A stretch of 64,000 bases of DNA, taken from assembly GCF_009914755.1 (NCBI RefSeq), contig NC_060934.1. The stretch is one strand, 5' to 3'. The translations under genes and the position numbers were made by a program. Numbering within the stretch: the stretch's first letter is position 1; every line of letters begins with the position of its first letter. Under the pieces are notes generated by a model, which was not told the DNA's origin, searched no databases, and worked only from the letters and a program-made list of their open reading frames with translations. Positions 33,412 to 50,023 of this stretch are shown here, piece by piece. This DNA comes from the human T2T-CHM13v2.0 reference genome, Homo sapiens.

Positions 33412-34404
33412 GTTGTAGCAACCCCAACAGTGTCTAAGTGTTTCCTTTCCCCTGCATCTGCACCAACATCTATTGTTTTTTGACTTTTTGATAATGGCCA
33501 TTCTGGCTGGGTTAAGGTGGTATCTCATTGTGGCTTTAATTTGCATTTCCCTGATGATTAGTGATGTTGAACACCTTTTCATGTTTTTTGGCCATTTGTG
33601 TGTCTTTTGGGAAATGTCTGTTCATGTCATTTGACAACTTTTTAATAGGATTTTTTTTATCTTGCTGATTTGTTTGAGTTGCTTGTAGATTCTGAATATT
33701 AGTCCTTTGTTGCGTGTATAGTTTGTAAATATTTTCTCCCATTCTGTGGGTTGTCTATTTACTCTGCTGATTATTTCTTTTGCTGTGCAGAAGCTTAATT
33801 TAATTAGGTCCCACTAATTTTCTTTTTGTTGCATTTGCTTTCGGGATCTTGGTCATACATTTTTAGCTTAGGACGATGTCCAGAAGAGTTTTCCCTACTT
33901 TATCTTCTAGGATTTTTGTGGTTTCAGGTCTTAAAGTCTTTAATTCATCTCAAGTTAATTTTTATATATGGTGAGCGATAGAGATCCAGTTTCATTGTTC
34001 TACCTGTGGTTATCCAATTTTCCCAGCACCATTTATTGAATAGGGTGTCCTTTCCCCAGTGTATGTTTTCATCTGCTTTGTTGAAGATTGGTGGCTTCCA
34101 GGTATTTGGCTCTAATTCTGGGTTCCTTATTGTGTTTCATTGGTCTAGGTGTCTTACTTTCATATCAGTACCATGCTGTTTTGGTTACTATATTCTTATT
34201 CCTCTGGCTTTGTTCTTTTTGCCTAAGATTGCTTTGGCTATTGGAAGTGGGGAGAAACAGATATTAACTTGCAAATGTTCTTTTTGGAATTTAAATGATC
34301 ATTTGAGACAGTCATTGTCTTGAAAAATGGTCTTCTTTCCTGTAATGGATAATGCATTAACAAGAAGGAGAACAAGAACAATTGTTCTCGTTGGTGGGTC
34401 AGTC

Positions 34405-34530
34405 CTATCTCTCTCTTTCTTTTCCCTGTCATGTTGCCCAGGCTGGTCTTGAACCTCTGGGTTCAAGTGATCTTCTTGCCTTGTCTTCCCAAAGTGTGTA
34501 ATTACAGGCATGAGCTAGCGCACCCAGCCA
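34405..34530 (-). mobile_element. FLAM_C / Alu left monomer
   Basis: Single antisense arm. Confidence 0.8.
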
Positions 34531-37500
34531 ATCCCATCTTTATGTAGATAAGGCAAAAGTCTCTTCCAGCACTTGACGGTCTCTATGGATTTTTAGTATA
34601 AAATACTCATGATGCCAGGGAACCGATTTTGTGGTGAGATATTTTGATTTCTGTCACTTTCCTTCTCACTTCCATTTGCAAGACTCAGGCCTGGCTCTCC
34701 GGAAACGAACTCTAAGGACAACTGAAACATTTCTCTCTTTCCCAGTTTCAAGGGAAACTGCTCCCAGTTTCAGGGTGAGGTTGAAGGCTGTTAGGCTGAC
34801 TACCTTGGTCTTCCCTCTCAGACTCTTGGATGGGGCCTGAGAATGTGGTTTCTAGGAGCCCTGATTTCCATTCCTTTGGCTGTTTCCTCTACTCTCAAGC
34901 CTGAGTAAGCAAGAATCCTCTTTGCACCATGTTTTATATAGTGTTGTGCATAACAATAAAGACATTTTTATGGCATTGGAAAAAATATAAATGGTGGTTA
35001 CAGCACTTCATTCAGCAGAGAGAAATAAATACTGTGTGTTTAATTTTTTTCAGCAAACCATTCCCATGATCTATTTTTCTGACTGCAGAACTCAAACATT
35101 GTTAAAGAATTATAAATAGAGTGTGAATCGATTTGTAACATTGCCTTCTTACATGGGCTCTTTAATTCCTGGTAATGATTTAATATACAAACATGCCTGG
35201 TGCACCTGCCTTGGTGAAATGCAGCAATTTTCCTTGTCAAGTGGTATGTGATTTCTTCCCTCTGTTCCAAATGGGCTATGCTTTCTTTCCTTTTTTCTTT
35301 TGTGTTACTGATCCTATACCTCTTTCCAGTAGCTCATGTTTATCCTGTGCATTAGACACGCTTCTAAGTGATTTTAGCATCCGCTTAATTTGCTGGGGTG
35401 GCGTCTGGAAATGTGATCAGGTTAGGGTGAGCAGCCGCACAGAAGTGTTCTTTCCATCTGAGCTGAGGTTGGGAGATCACACAGTCTTCTTCTATGAATA
35501 TAATACAGAGCGTTTTGCTAGTGAAGCATAATTCAGAACTGAATTTATAATGAAGACATAATTTGTCTCTGGTGCATAAATACCAGTATGGCGGGGCTGA
35601 ATCAACACACATTTTTTTTCCTTTCTGTTAAAAGGCAGGATGGGGTGGCTGGGGGAGTCTTTTGAAAGAAATAACAAAAACTCCAGGTATGCTCACTGGG
35701 TGGGCTGAGATGAGGGTCTTAGTTTTAGTGAGCAAGTCCAGAAAGTTTCCATTCTGATCAAGTTCTGCTCTTTAGAATTGCTGGGTTTGGAAACAATTTT
35801 AACCAGGTCAATTGAGACGAGCAGGCTTAGGGAAATGATTCATCTGTAAACAAAATATTAAAACCTAAGAAGCCTATGAATATACGATGTGATTAGATTT
35901 CCTTTATTATCTGACATTGGCTTGAACCTCCCCTTACCAGGAAGAACAGTTGCCTCTCCCAAGGCAGCCCCCTAGTGCGACATGTCTGTGGTGTGCTCTC
36001 CACTAGGTCCTTGTGTTTGTAGCACTGCCTCCTCTCTGAGCCATTGTCCCATCAGCTCTGTTACTACTGACGGCTGCCCTGGGCACAGCGATTCTTCACT
36101 GAATCTACCTAAGCTACCTCCACTGTGGCTTCAGAAGAGACCTTCTTCCATGGATGGCTCACAGGACAGTTGATGCCACGATGTCATGAGCCGCAGAAAG
36201 AGAAGAAACATTTTGCCGGAAGCTCAGCATAAGTCCCACACCCAATTGCCCTGGGTTCCTGTTCCATAATCTACCATTTCCTTCAAGAATTAACAATGGA
36301 AGTATCTACTTCCCTCCGGAGGAACCCACTCCTACACACAGGGTAATGACCTTGCTCTGTGTCTCCAGCAGGATAATATCTTTGGAACATAATGGTCTGA
36401 TATCAGTATGTTCTGAGTCGTTTATTCATTGATAACATCACTTAGGAGAATTGATACACTAGTCTGTGTTGGTCTGTGCCAAGCTCAAGCCAGTATTTTC
36501 CACCATCTCTGCTCTGGTGTGAAGAATCTTCTAGAAAGAAACACAGGTCCTTTCTCCTGCCATCTCTCCAATCCAGATTTTCCACCAACAGTTTCCAGAG
36601 CACAAGCATCAGTGTGCAGAAGGCCCTCTAGAGTCACACAGAGCTAAGAACACTCCATTACTCTCCCCAGAGACTATCACCCCCACCACCATCAAAAGGC
36701 AAGACATTCTTTTTTTGGCAAGAGATTCTTAAATGGCTTTAGCTCAATTAAGTCTAGCAATGTTCTAATTCTTCAACCAAATTTCTCCTCAATGTGAAAT
36801 ATTGCATTCAGGTCAATGGTCACTCCAAAGCAGCAGGGACAATCTTGCAGTGTTTTCTTTCAAATCCATACAAGCAAAGGATTTCCTTAAAACAAAGTTC
36901 AGTCTGCAAAAATAGTGAATGCAGACCTTCAAACTCTTTATAGAGAAAAACTTTGTGGGCTCAGAATGGTTCTTCTTTTTTTCAGATTCTAACCATTAAG
37001 TTCCAAAAACAAATAATAATACAACTTTGATTGATAAATCACTATGTAATGTACTTAATAATGAGAAAAAATATTTTGAATAGTTTGTTAGACATTTTTT
37101 CCTGCTTTGGTTACATGGAAAAGCTGAATTAAAATAAAAGTAATTAAAGCCAAAGGATTGGTGGGTAGAGATGGGTTGGGAGAAAAACCTAAATATTTAC
37201 TGATTATCTGCTATCTTCATTGCTGCTCTAGGTAATTTAGATAGGTTATTTTATTCTACCCCTAACCATTCTGTGAATTAGACCTTATTACAGCTACTTG
37301 AAGATGAATGTAAAACTGAGACTCAGGGATATTAAGATCTTGTTCAAGATCATGAAACTGGTTTGCAAGTGTGGGGCTAGGCTTCAACCAGGTCTATAAG
37401 ATTCCAAATCTCCTTTCCATAATACCATTTTAAGCTTAGGGAGTATTTTCGTTAAGCTGAGAAAGCCTAGTGGGATACTCTTCTCTACCTTGGACTTTTG

Positions 37501-37671
37501 CAAACCTTATCGTACAAAACAAATGTGACCCTGTACCTTGGCCAATCAAGACTTAACTCATTCATTCGAGTCCTTACTATGTGCAGGACACCATCAGAAT
37601 GGAAGTCACAGAACCCAGTGACAGTGGGGAAAGCCATTTCAGCACAATACACTTTTAATATTCTTCAAATT

Positions 37672-37991
37672 GGGCCATGTGCAGGGGCTGACATCTATAA
37701 TCTTAGTGCTTTGGGAGGCTGAGGTGGGAGGATTGCTTGAGGTCAGGAGTTTGAGATCAGCCTGGGCAACATAGTGAGACACTGTCTCTACAAAAATTAA
37801 AAATAAAAAGATAGCTGGCATTGTGGTATGTGCCTGTAGTCCTAGTTACTGGGGAGGCTGAGACAGGAGCATCCTTTGAGCCCAAGAGTTCAAGGCTACA
37901 GTGAGCTATGATCATGTCACTGCACTCCAGCCTGGGTGACAGAGTGAGACTGTCTCAATAATAATAATAATAATAATAATAATGATAATAT
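37672..37991 (+). mobile_element. AluJ with (AAT)n tail
   Basis: Full dimer; aatatt(ctt)caaat flanks. Confidence 0.9.
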
Positions 37992-38674
37992 TCAAATCAC
38001 ACTTGACCCTGGCTGCCAATCCCACCTACACTCCAATCCCCCTGAGAAAATACATTGGGTAGCAGCCTTGGTTCATTTGGGGCATTAAGAGAATTTGAGC
38101 AATCAGAAGACTCACTCCCATGTTTCTTTGCCATTTTCCACATTCTTATCATTTTCTTGTAATTGTGTAATTGATTGGATTTTTAATTGTGGGATGGTAA
38201 ATTTTTAATCAGGAGAAAATAGTCATGGATAGAAGTAGGTGAAGGAAAAGATTTATGGGGCTTTCAGGAAACTTACAGGAAAATCCCCTAAAAAAGTCAT
38301 CATTTGTTATTCTCAATATTGACTTGTTAAAAGTGAATCTCATTACCTTTGTTTTATCTGGCATGTTTATGGAATATGTTTATTTATTAATGAATTTTTC
38401 TGGAGCAAATGTAACAGACACATGGGACATTCTGATAGTCACTCAGCTATATGTCTGGGTATATTTATTACTGTTCAGAAATGGAAAGTTCCAGGAAAAC
38501 AACTGAAAAGCATTCAATTCCTCAAAATGCATGCATTCCATGAATCATTTATTCAGAGGATTAAGAAGAAAGATATTTGAGTTGGTCTGTGGTCAAAAAT
38601 AATCTCTTTCTCAGCATTCTTCCCAGAATTGTTCAGAACAATTTTCTTCAAATGGACAGAGGTGGATATGAGGT

Positions 38675-39253
38675 TGTAGGAATACTTCCCTTCCACCCTC
38701 TGAAGGTTCTCTAAAAATCAACTGACAAAAAGCAAATTAGTAGGAGAAAAAGTATATAAGTTTACTGATATGCATGGGAGTCTGACATAATATAAGATCT
38801 CAAAGAAATGGCCAGATGGTTGATGCTTTTATACCATCTTGAGGTTACACAAAGAATGGGGGCCCAGAACCCAGCCCAGAACAGGTTATGGTGGTAAATC
38901 AGGTTACAGTGGCAAAACAGGTTATGGAAGGGAGAGAAGAGGACGCCTGGCTAGCAAAGGTGGTCTTGTCATGTAGGTGAAACCTCATGGGTAGCAGCCC
39001 TGAGAGAGAAAAGGTGGGAAATGTTCCTTTCAGATCTTGAGAGATGTCAGACTCTCAGTTCATCTTTCCTAGATCTGGACCAGGGAGGACCTCAGAAAGC
39101 CTGGCTGCAGGGATGCGGGCTTTCTCTACAGATGCAAATTTCTCTGCAAAAGACAGCTTCTTAGCTACTCTTCTATTTCCAGCCCTTCTGAATAGCCATC
39201 TTGAAATATGTCAAAGAAATATATTTTGGGGTGAAATTTTTTGGCTTCCTGCA
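38675..39253 (-). mobile_element. MER34-family ERV1 solo LTR (second copy)
   Basis: Similar to 29804-30536; perfect TSD AGGT 38671-74 / 39254-57. Confidence 0.78.
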
Positions 39254-39589
39254 AGGTCATGGTATGAATAAGTGGGCACACTGGCTAGGAGATTTGGTAC
39301 CAAAGTTGCTGTCGATCAGCTTGATCTGGTCAAGGGAAATGTGGAGGAAGCAGGCTCTATTATCCCCTCTCTTGGATCTTTGCATGCCCTGTTGCTTCTA
39401 TGCCTGGCAGATGCTGATGGGCATCACTGAAGTCCTATGTGACACCAGAGGAAGTGGATGGTATCACGAAGGGAGATGGAGTCACAGAATCAGAGACTGC
39501 CACATCAGGGAGGACCTGCAAGCCATTTCACAGCCAGCTCTCTTCTTCCTTCTTCTCCTTCCTTTTTTTTTAAATTCTTCCTTCTTTTT

Positions 39590-39744
39590 TCTTTCTTCTT
39601 TTCTTTTTAGTGGGATTCTCGTTCTGTCACCCAGGCTGAAGTGCAGTGGTATATTATGGCTCACTGCAGCCTCAAACCCTTGAGCTCAAGTGATCCTCCT
39701 ACCTCAGCCTCCCAAGTAGCTGGGACTGTAGGCTTGAGTCACCA
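39590..39744 (-). mobile_element. FRAM/AluJ monomer split by MER41B; remainder at 41287-41294
   Basis: Alu arm stops at gagtcacca and resumes tacctggc after the LTR. Confidence 0.8.
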
Positions 39745-40116
39745 TGTCAGAGGCATTCAAACCAGAGTGACTCCATCTTGAATAGGGCTGGGTGAAATAA
39801 GGCTGAGACCTACTGGGCTGCATTCCTAGGAGGTTAGGGCATTCTAAGTCACAGGATGAGGTAGGAGGTCAACACAAGATACGGGTTATAAAGACCTTGC
39901 TGTTAAAGTAGGTTGTGGTAAAGAAGTGACCAGAACCCATCAAAACTAAGATGGCAATGAGAATGACCTCTGGTCGTCCTCACTGCACATTATATGCTAG
40001 TTATAATGCATTAGCATGCTAAGAGACACTCCCACCAGCACCATGGCAGTTTACAAATGCCAAGGCAACATCAGGAAGTTACCCTATACGATCTAAAAGG
40101 GAGAGGAATTCCTCAG

Positions 40117-40146
40117 TTCCAGGAATTGCCCACCTCTTTCCCAGAA
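40117..40146. promoter_or_regulatory. Tandem GAS (STAT) motifs of MER41B
   Basis: TTCCAGGAA 40117-25 and TTCCCAGAA 40138-46, both matching TTCNNNGAA. Confidence 0.7.
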
Positions 40147-40271
40147 AACTTATGAATAATCCACCTCTTGTTTAGCATACAATCAAGAAATAACTATCAG
40201 TACAAGCAGCTGAGTGGCCCACACCACTGCTCTGCCCTATGAAGTAACTATTCTTCATCCCTTTACTTTCT

Positions 40272-41164
<893 letters not shown>

Positions 41165-42059
41165 ATTCCTTTACTTTCTAAATAAACTTACTTTCACTTT
41201 ATGGACTCGCCCCAAATTCTTTCTTGTGCAAGATCCAAGAACCCTCTCTTGGGGTCTGGATCAGGACACCCTTCTGGTAACAACCATACCTGGCAGCTCC
41301 CTTAGTCTACAGATTTGGAAACTGAGACCCAGAAAGGGTCACTGACTCTTCCACGATCACTGCATAATTGCCAGAACAGATAAGACTCCACCTGGAACTT
41401 TTCACCTTTCCATCCTGAGGCGTGAGCTCTCAGGGAGCTCATCCAGTCTCAACTTCCATCCCCTTCAGCTTTAACCTGCTAGAGCAGCTGCTACATGCTG
41501 AGCCTGAGCCTGCACATCTGAGAGCCTGCCCAGTGATGCTGGATAAGAAATGCTGCTGCCCAGACAGGGGGATCAGTGATGCTTTGTCATAAAAAAATCC
41601 GAGGAAGTAAATAATCCATGCTTAAATAAAAGACATCCATGGACAAGTATGTGCACCTCAGTTATGAAGATAGTACTCTGCAACGGGGTCTAAGTGGTGT
41701 TTCTTACCTTGTAATTGCAATCCGAGGACTTGAGTGGGGTTCTAGAATCTGGGACTGTCCTTGGGCCCTGCTTAATTTATCAGCAACACCTCAAGCCTCA
41801 CAAAGAGAAGGCCACATTTCTGGTTGCTGTGGTCTGATTGGCAGCAAATTATCTCTCTGATCTCGATTTCTTTTTTAGGAGGGGGCCCACATGGGAATCT
41901 TATTAGGCTGCGCTTTTTTATGTGTGTGGGAGAGCCTTCTCTTCTTCCCTTTTTAAATTCTGATCAACAAGCCATTCAAGGCTGTCTCATTATCAAACCC
42001 TCACTGCCCTGGAAATTAAGGAAGGTGGAAGAAGAGGCGTAGCAAAGTGAGGGCCTTGG

Positions 42060-42327
42060 TCTGAATTTGGCTGGCAGACATTTCAGCTGGCCCTAACAAA
42101 CGATGTTTAAAACAATTTGAGACAATGTTTAAACACCAATGATCTGCTATGAAAATCTGGATTTGGGGTGTCTCTTTAAATAAAAATATCAGAAAATCTG
42201 GCTGCACTGAGCCCAAATTCTCAGTGGCAAGAATAATCAGGGGCTGACTGGTCTCTGTGCATTTTAGAGCAGCTACACATTCTCTCTCTCAGCCTCCCGG
42301 CACCATATGCATTGGAGTTTGCAACCC
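42060..42327. mobile_element. hAT-Charlie relic (MER102-like)
   Basis: aaaatctggatttgg...aaaatctggctgcactgagccc...gagtttgcaaccc motifs. Confidence 0.45.
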
Positions 42328-42441
42328 TTTTTGAGAAGGAAATAATAAAAGCCACTAAACCACATCTCCACTAGAGTTCATGTATTGTATTATTTACTAC
42401 AAATATTTATTGGACCCAACTCTATGCCAGGGTCAATTTTA

Positions 42442-43074
42442 TTTTACTTTTTATTTTTATTTCAATAGTTTTTGGGGTACAGGTGGTTTTTGGTTATGTG
42501 AATAAATTCTTTGGGGGTGATTTTTGAGATTTTGGTGTACCCATCACCCAAATAGTGTACACTATACCCAGTGTGTAGCCTTTTATCTTTCAATCCCCTC
42601 CCATCTTCCCACCTGATTCCCCAAAGTCCATTATATCATTCTTATGCCATTGCATCTTCATAGCTTAGCTCCCATTTATAAGTGAGAACATACAATATTT
42701 GGTTTTCCATTCCTGAGTTACTTCACTTAGAATAATGGCTTCCAGCTCCATCCAAGTTGCTGCAAAAGATATTATTTCATTCCTTTTAATGGCTGAGTAG
42801 TATTCCATGGTGTATATATACTACATTTTCTTCATCCATTTGGTTGATGGGCACTTAGATTGGTTCCATATCTTTCAATTGTGAATTGTGCTGCAATAAA
42901 CTTGCATGTGCATTTATCTTTTTCATATAATGACTTCTTTTTTTTTGGGTAGATACCCAGTAGGATTGCTGGATTGAATGGTAGTTCTACTTTTAGTTCT
43001 TCAAGGAATCTCCATACTGTTTTCCATAGTGGTTATACTAGTTTACATTCCCGCCAGTCATGTAAAAGTGTTCA
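42442..43074 (-). mobile_element. 5'-truncated L1PB 3' end
   Basis: Antisense L1 3'UTR; 15-bp TSD ccagggtca(a/g)tttta 42427-41 / 43075-89. Confidence 0.92.
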
Positions 43075-43527
43075 CCAGGGTCAGTTTTAATATGAACCTG
43101 TTCATGACATTGAACACTCGTTCATCAAACATTTTTTATGGTAGCGCTATTCTAGGCACTGAGGGCGCAGGGGTAGACAAAGCAAAGGAGATCTCTGCTT
43201 TTGTGAAACTCACGTTTCTGCACGCAGCTCATCAGTGCGCTTCAAGTCTCTCACTCTCTGTCTACTTGCCTCATTTCCTACCACTTCCTTCAAGGTTTCG
43301 AGGCTTTTGGGGCATCAACCATTCATAAATGGCTTGGTCCAAGCCTGCAGAGCTTGTGAATGGCAGCCTCAGGCTCAGACTTAGCCCACCTGATTCCTGC
43401 GCTCATAGTCTATGCTCTCACCACTGCATCTGCCAGAGATTGACAAGGTACCTGAGCTTCTGTCAATCGAGGCTGTAGAGAAATATTTTCAGTGGCTTGT
43501 TTACAAAATTTCCTCTTTTGACAGCAT

Positions 43528-44286
<759 letters not shown>

Positions 44287-45179
44287 TGTAGCAGAAAGGT
44301 TTCCTCATCTGTGGAATGTGAGCTTTGGGCCAATTTATTCTCAAGGCCTTTCTGGTCTGTGTTCTAGGTCCACTGGGTTGGGGTCTTCAGCAGCAGATAG
44401 GATCAAGGCCCACAGTACTGACTGGGCATGTTTGGAGCTTCTGAAGCTCCCGGTCCCTAGGATCACAGGCATTCACCTAGTGAACAAATGCTTTGGGGAT
44501 CAGTCAAAAATGCAACCAACATTTTACTGGCAGGGTCTTAAAAGCACGTGACTCATTCAGAAATACAACATTTGGTCGATGGATATGTCAGACTTTCAGG
44601 TAAATTTAATCAATGAACAACCACTCTTTTATTTTCCTCCAAACCAGGATTTCCTATTACATTTCATTCCATTAGCCTTGATATAAAGTGGCAGTTGATA
44701 GCAAGCCATATTGACAGGCCCTCCCAGGTATAATGTAGCAGTTACCTTAAATCACTTATTCACCACATGATTCATGGCACACAGAGGAATAGGTCATCAC
44801 TGAGTCTTTAAATATAAAGCTAACATAACAGAACACTCAAAATCTTTAATGTCTGTGATTTAATCCACCTTAATTAATTAGAAGGCATGTGATGGCCTCT
44901 TCGCATCTTGAATCATAACCAACAGAGTATTTGTTCTTACTCTGATAAAGGGTAACAGGCAGGTGCTTCCAGCGGGTGGGGGTGGAGGGGGTGACAGTGC
45001 CTGATTTTGGAAGACCAGCCCCCTGTGGGCTTCACAGTGAGAATTCACTCCCACTTGGCACAGCTGTCTTCCTTTGATGCAAGGGATGCTACAAATCATT
45101 TTGATCAACAAACATTTCTTGATCAACTACTAAATGTAGAAAGGCTAGACATTAGGGGTATAAAGCTGAATAGGGCTAG

Positions 45180-46190
45180 ATCTATACCCCAAAGAAAGGA
45201 ATTCAGTATAGCAAAGAGATATCTGCACTCCCATGTTTACTGTAGGACTATTCACAATAGCCAAGATTTGGAAATAACCTAAGTGTCCATCAACAGTCAA
45301 ATGGGTAAAGAAAATGTGGTACATACACACAATGGAATATTATTTAGCCATAAAAGGAAGGAAATCTTGTCATTTGCAAAAACACAGATGGAACTGAAGG
45401 ACATTATGTTAAGTGAAATAAGCCAGGCAGAGAAAGACCAGCTTCATATATTCTGACTTATTTGTGGGAGCTAAAAATTAAAACAATTGAACTCATGGAG
45501 ATGGAGAGTAGAAGAATGGCTACCAGAGGCTGGGAAGTGTGGTGGGGAACTGGGAGTGGAAGTGGGGGTGGTTAATGGATACAAAAAATAGAATGAAGAA
45601 GATCTACTATTTGATAGCACCATAGGTTGATTATAGTCAATAATTGTTTAATTATACATTTAAAAATAACTAAAATAATTTAATTGTACATTTTAAAATA
45701 ACTGGACATGGTGGCTCATGCCTGTAATCCCAGCACTTTGGGAGGCCGAGGTGGGTGGATCACCTGAGGTCAAGAGTTCGAGACCAGCCTAGCCAACATG
45801 GTGAAACCCCTGTCTTTACTAAAAATACAAAAAAAAAAAAAAAATTAGTCAGGCATGGTGGTGGGCACCTGCAATCCCAACTACTCAGGAGGCTGAGGCA
45901 GGAGAATCACTTGAACCCAGAAGGTGGAGGTTGCAGTGAGCCAAGATTGTGCCACTGTACTCCATCATGGGTGACAGAGTGAGACTGTCTCAAAAAATAA
46001 AAAAAATAAAAACCAGAAGAGTGTAATTAGAATGTTTGTAATACAAAGAAATGATAAATGCTTGAGGTGATGGATACTCCATTGACCCTGATGTGATTAT
46101 TACACATTGAATGCCTGCATCAAAATATCTCATGTAACTCATTAATATACATACCTATTATGTACCCACAAATACATATTTAAAAAATTT
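45180..46190 (+). mobile_element. L1MA-like 3' end with nested AluS (45704-46012)
   Basis: Sense L1 ORF2 end and 3'UTR. Confidence 0.88.
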
Positions 46191-46924
46191 GTAAATAGAT
46201 GAACGAGACTCAGACCCTGCCCTGGAGGATCCTCAGTCTCAAAAGGGAGAGTAGAAGTTATGATTCTGGTAATGTTTCTCAAGTTTTTGCATTATTTTCT
46301 CACTGATGAGTTATTTTGGTTTAGAAATATGGCTGATGAGAAAGCTAATAGTGACTTAGGAAGGAAGCTTCTAGGGGTTCTGTGTGCACAGCAGGGTCAC
46401 AAAACAGATTTTGGGATTGGAGAAGGAAGCTGACCTGGAGGTTTTTTTCTGGTTGCTGGAAGGTGCTTGGGGAGAGGAATTGTAAAGTTAGCAGAACCTG
46501 GTCACTTGAGTCTAGGAGAATGTTTCCTGGTGGCCTTTGCATGGTATTGTATTACTGTTGGGCAACGTGCAGTTGGAGAATCTGAGAAGGAATTAAATGA
46601 GAACAATAGAAAATCCAGCTATACATGAAAAACTGAGGTAGGCACACTCTGAGAGTGAAATGCAAACATGTCACAAGGGAAAACAAGGCAGACCTCTGTC
46701 AGCAACAGAGCAAAGGAGATGCTTGAATTCCCCCAGGTTTTGCTTTTCTGAAGCACATGAGGATGGAGCAATTTGACCTAACCTCATTCCTATATGTAAA
46801 GAGTACATTAACTCTTTGGGCATGTCACATGAGCAATCTTCCCATGAAGTAAATGCTCAGTATCGGTGAGAACACGGAGATACGAAACAGCTCAGTCCTT
46901 CATTGGCCTCCTTTCCTTGCCAGC

Positions 46925-47260
46925 TGATATGGTTTGGCTGTGTCCCCACCCAAATCTCATCTTGAATTGTAGCTCCCATAATTCCCACGTGCTGTGACAG
47001 GGACCCGGTGGGAGATCATTGAATCATGGAGGTATGGCTTCCCCCATACTGTTCTCATGGTAGTGAATAAGTCTCATGAGATCTGATGGCTTTATAAGGA
47101 GAAACCCCTTTCGCTTGGTGAGATGTGCCATTCGTCTTCTGCCATGACTGTGAGGCCTCCTTAGCCATGTGGAACTGGGAGTCCATTAAACCTCTTTTCC
47201 TTTATAAATTACTCAGTCTCTGGTATGTCTTTGTCAGCAGCCTGAAAATGAACTAATACA
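46925..47260 (+). mobile_element. THE1 (THE1B/C-like) MaLR solo LTR
   Basis: tgatatggtttggctgtgtccccacccaaatctc...aactaataca. Confidence 0.9.
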
Positions 47261-47910
47261 CAAGGGCTTGTTAGAGTCATAGACCAGTGGCCCACCTATA
47301 AGCTGCAATAGCATTTTATGTGTAAGGCATAGTACTTGGTACTATGGGGTTGATGAGGTTAAGAGGCAGGCTCTGCTCTGGAGGAGCCTGCAGTCCATCT
47401 GGAGTTGGGGGGGTGCTGCCCATCCCTGGAAAGATAATCATACATTCTGAAACCAAAATACCCCTCAAAGTTTACAAACTATCAGGCCTGTAAGAGTTGA
47501 GTTGAGGACAGAGGGCTCAGGAAAGCCTTCGTGGAAGAAGTAGCCATTGGGCTGGATTTTGAAAGGACAAACCAGATAACTAGGAGATAACTTGGGCTGA
47601 TAACTGGGAGAACTCTGAGTGCTCTTTTCTTCATGTGATTTGCCTACCATTGTTTACTGGTACATAGCACAGTGTTGCAAAACAAGCCCAGAATCAATCT
47701 TTTTCCCCTAAAACCATAAATAGTTGTGCTTTGCATGTCTTTGTATATGACTTTTTTTTTTAAAGATACATAATCTTGAAGTAAGATAGGTCAGAATTCA
47801 AACCACAAATCCAAGCTCTGCTATTTCCTACCACTGTGGACAGGGCAGTAAATGTCCCTGAGCCTTGGATTCTCCATTTATAAAATAGGGTAATACTGAT
47901 CTCAATATCT

Positions 47911-48297
47911 TGTTAAATTACATTTAGCCTAAAGCTGCCTCTTTACATATTTTAAGTCTGGCCTCAAGGTTTCTCTGTACATAGTGAACTGTAACCTAAC
48001 TGGATGTGTAAACATTCTGTAACCTATTCATGTTTTGGTCAATCAGACATGGCCAACTGTTCAAACTGTGTCCAAATAAGGCAACTGTCAAGTTGTAACC
48101 ACTCCGGTTGGTTCTGTACCTCACTTACATTTTCTGTCCTTCACTTTCCTTTTTCTATACATAAATCTTCTTCCACCACATGGCTGCTTTGGAGCCTCTC
48201 TGAGCCTACTCTGGTTTGGAGCTGCCTGGTTCATTAATTGTTTTTTGCTCAATTAAACTCTTGTTAAATTAATTTGTCTAAGGTTTTTCTTTTAACA
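47911..48297 (+). mobile_element. MER57-family ERV1 solo LTR inserted in a MIR
   Basis: tgttaaatt...tagcctaaagctgcc...ttttcttttaaca. Confidence 0.85.
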
Positions 48298-48411
48298 ATG
48301 CTTTTATAGAGATTAAAATGAAAAAATATGTAAGGTGCCTAACTCAGTCTGAAAATTATAGTCTGTTTGATTAAGTAGCTATAACAAAGACTCCCAAAGC
48401 TACAGCATTTA

Positions 48412-48720
<309 letters not shown>

Positions 48721-48869
48721 ATAGAGATGTTCATTTTTGTCTCATGTTAATAACAATGATTTGAGTTGGTGGGGTATCTCACTTTATTAAGTTTATCAGG
48801 GACCATGATCCTTTCATCTTGTTCTTCTGTCGTTTCCTAGGGAAGAGATATACAAATGATGGCTCCCAG

Positions 48870-49353
<484 letters not shown>

Positions 49354-49823
49354 CGAGGCTTTGTTATGGGTTAGTCCGTGTTTCAGCTCACTAGGAAGAA
49401 GGGCAGCAATTTCCTTTCAGGGTGGAAGTTGCATACATGACATCAGCTCACCCTTCATTGATGAGAACTTAGTCACGTGGTCATACTCAGCTGCCAGGTA
49501 GCCAGGATATGCAGTGTGGCCTTGGGCAGTGATATGCCCAGCTCTAATCATATCACTTTGAAAGATGGGAAGAATTAATTCTGGTACAAACCAACAGTGT
49601 CTGCCACATTTGTCCTCAGTATGAGCTCCCTTTCCCTTTCCCAAGTGTCAGACTACCCAAAAAATCCACAGTTCTCGTTCCTTCACTGCAGTGCCCTCTA
49701 GCTTCTGCTCCTGGCTTTCTTGAGTGTCTCTGTTGTTGCTTCTTATCTCTAATGTCACCCAGTTCTCATTTAATCTTAGCAAGTCCGGTTGACCTTTTAG
49801 AAAAACAGCCCTATGATTTATGA

Positions 49824-50023
49824 CAGGGTTTTTCAACGCTGGCGCTTGACATGAAATTCTTTGTTTTAGGAGCTGTCTTGGGCAATGTAGAATGTTGAGT
49901 CACATCCCTGCCTTCGGCCCAGTGGATTCCAGTAGCATCTCCCTGTTGTGATGACCAAAAATGCCTCCAGACATTACCAAGTGTCCTTGGGGGGACAAAA
50001 TTGCCTGTGGTTGAGAATCACTG
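49824..50023. mobile_element. MER20 DNA transposon
   Basis: TIRs cagggtttttcaac / gttgagaatcactg; MER20 core gaccaaaaatgcctccagacatt. Confidence 0.85.

Larger units (their letters stand above)
31180..34240 (-). mobile_element. L1PB-like 3' region (3'UTR plus ORF2 end), interrupted by LTR12C
   Basis: Antisense L1 3'UTR/ORF2 motifs; ORF-track peptides MKRCSTSLIIREMQIK and MFITAQFTIAKIWSQPKCPS are L1 ORF2 remnants. Confidence 0.9.

Noticed and set aside
29804-39253. Two co-oriented MER34-type LTRs 8.9 kb apart as ends of one provirus
   Set aside because: Each has its own TSD (gtgt/gtat and AGGT), and the DNA between shows no gag/pol/env; they are independent solo LTRs.
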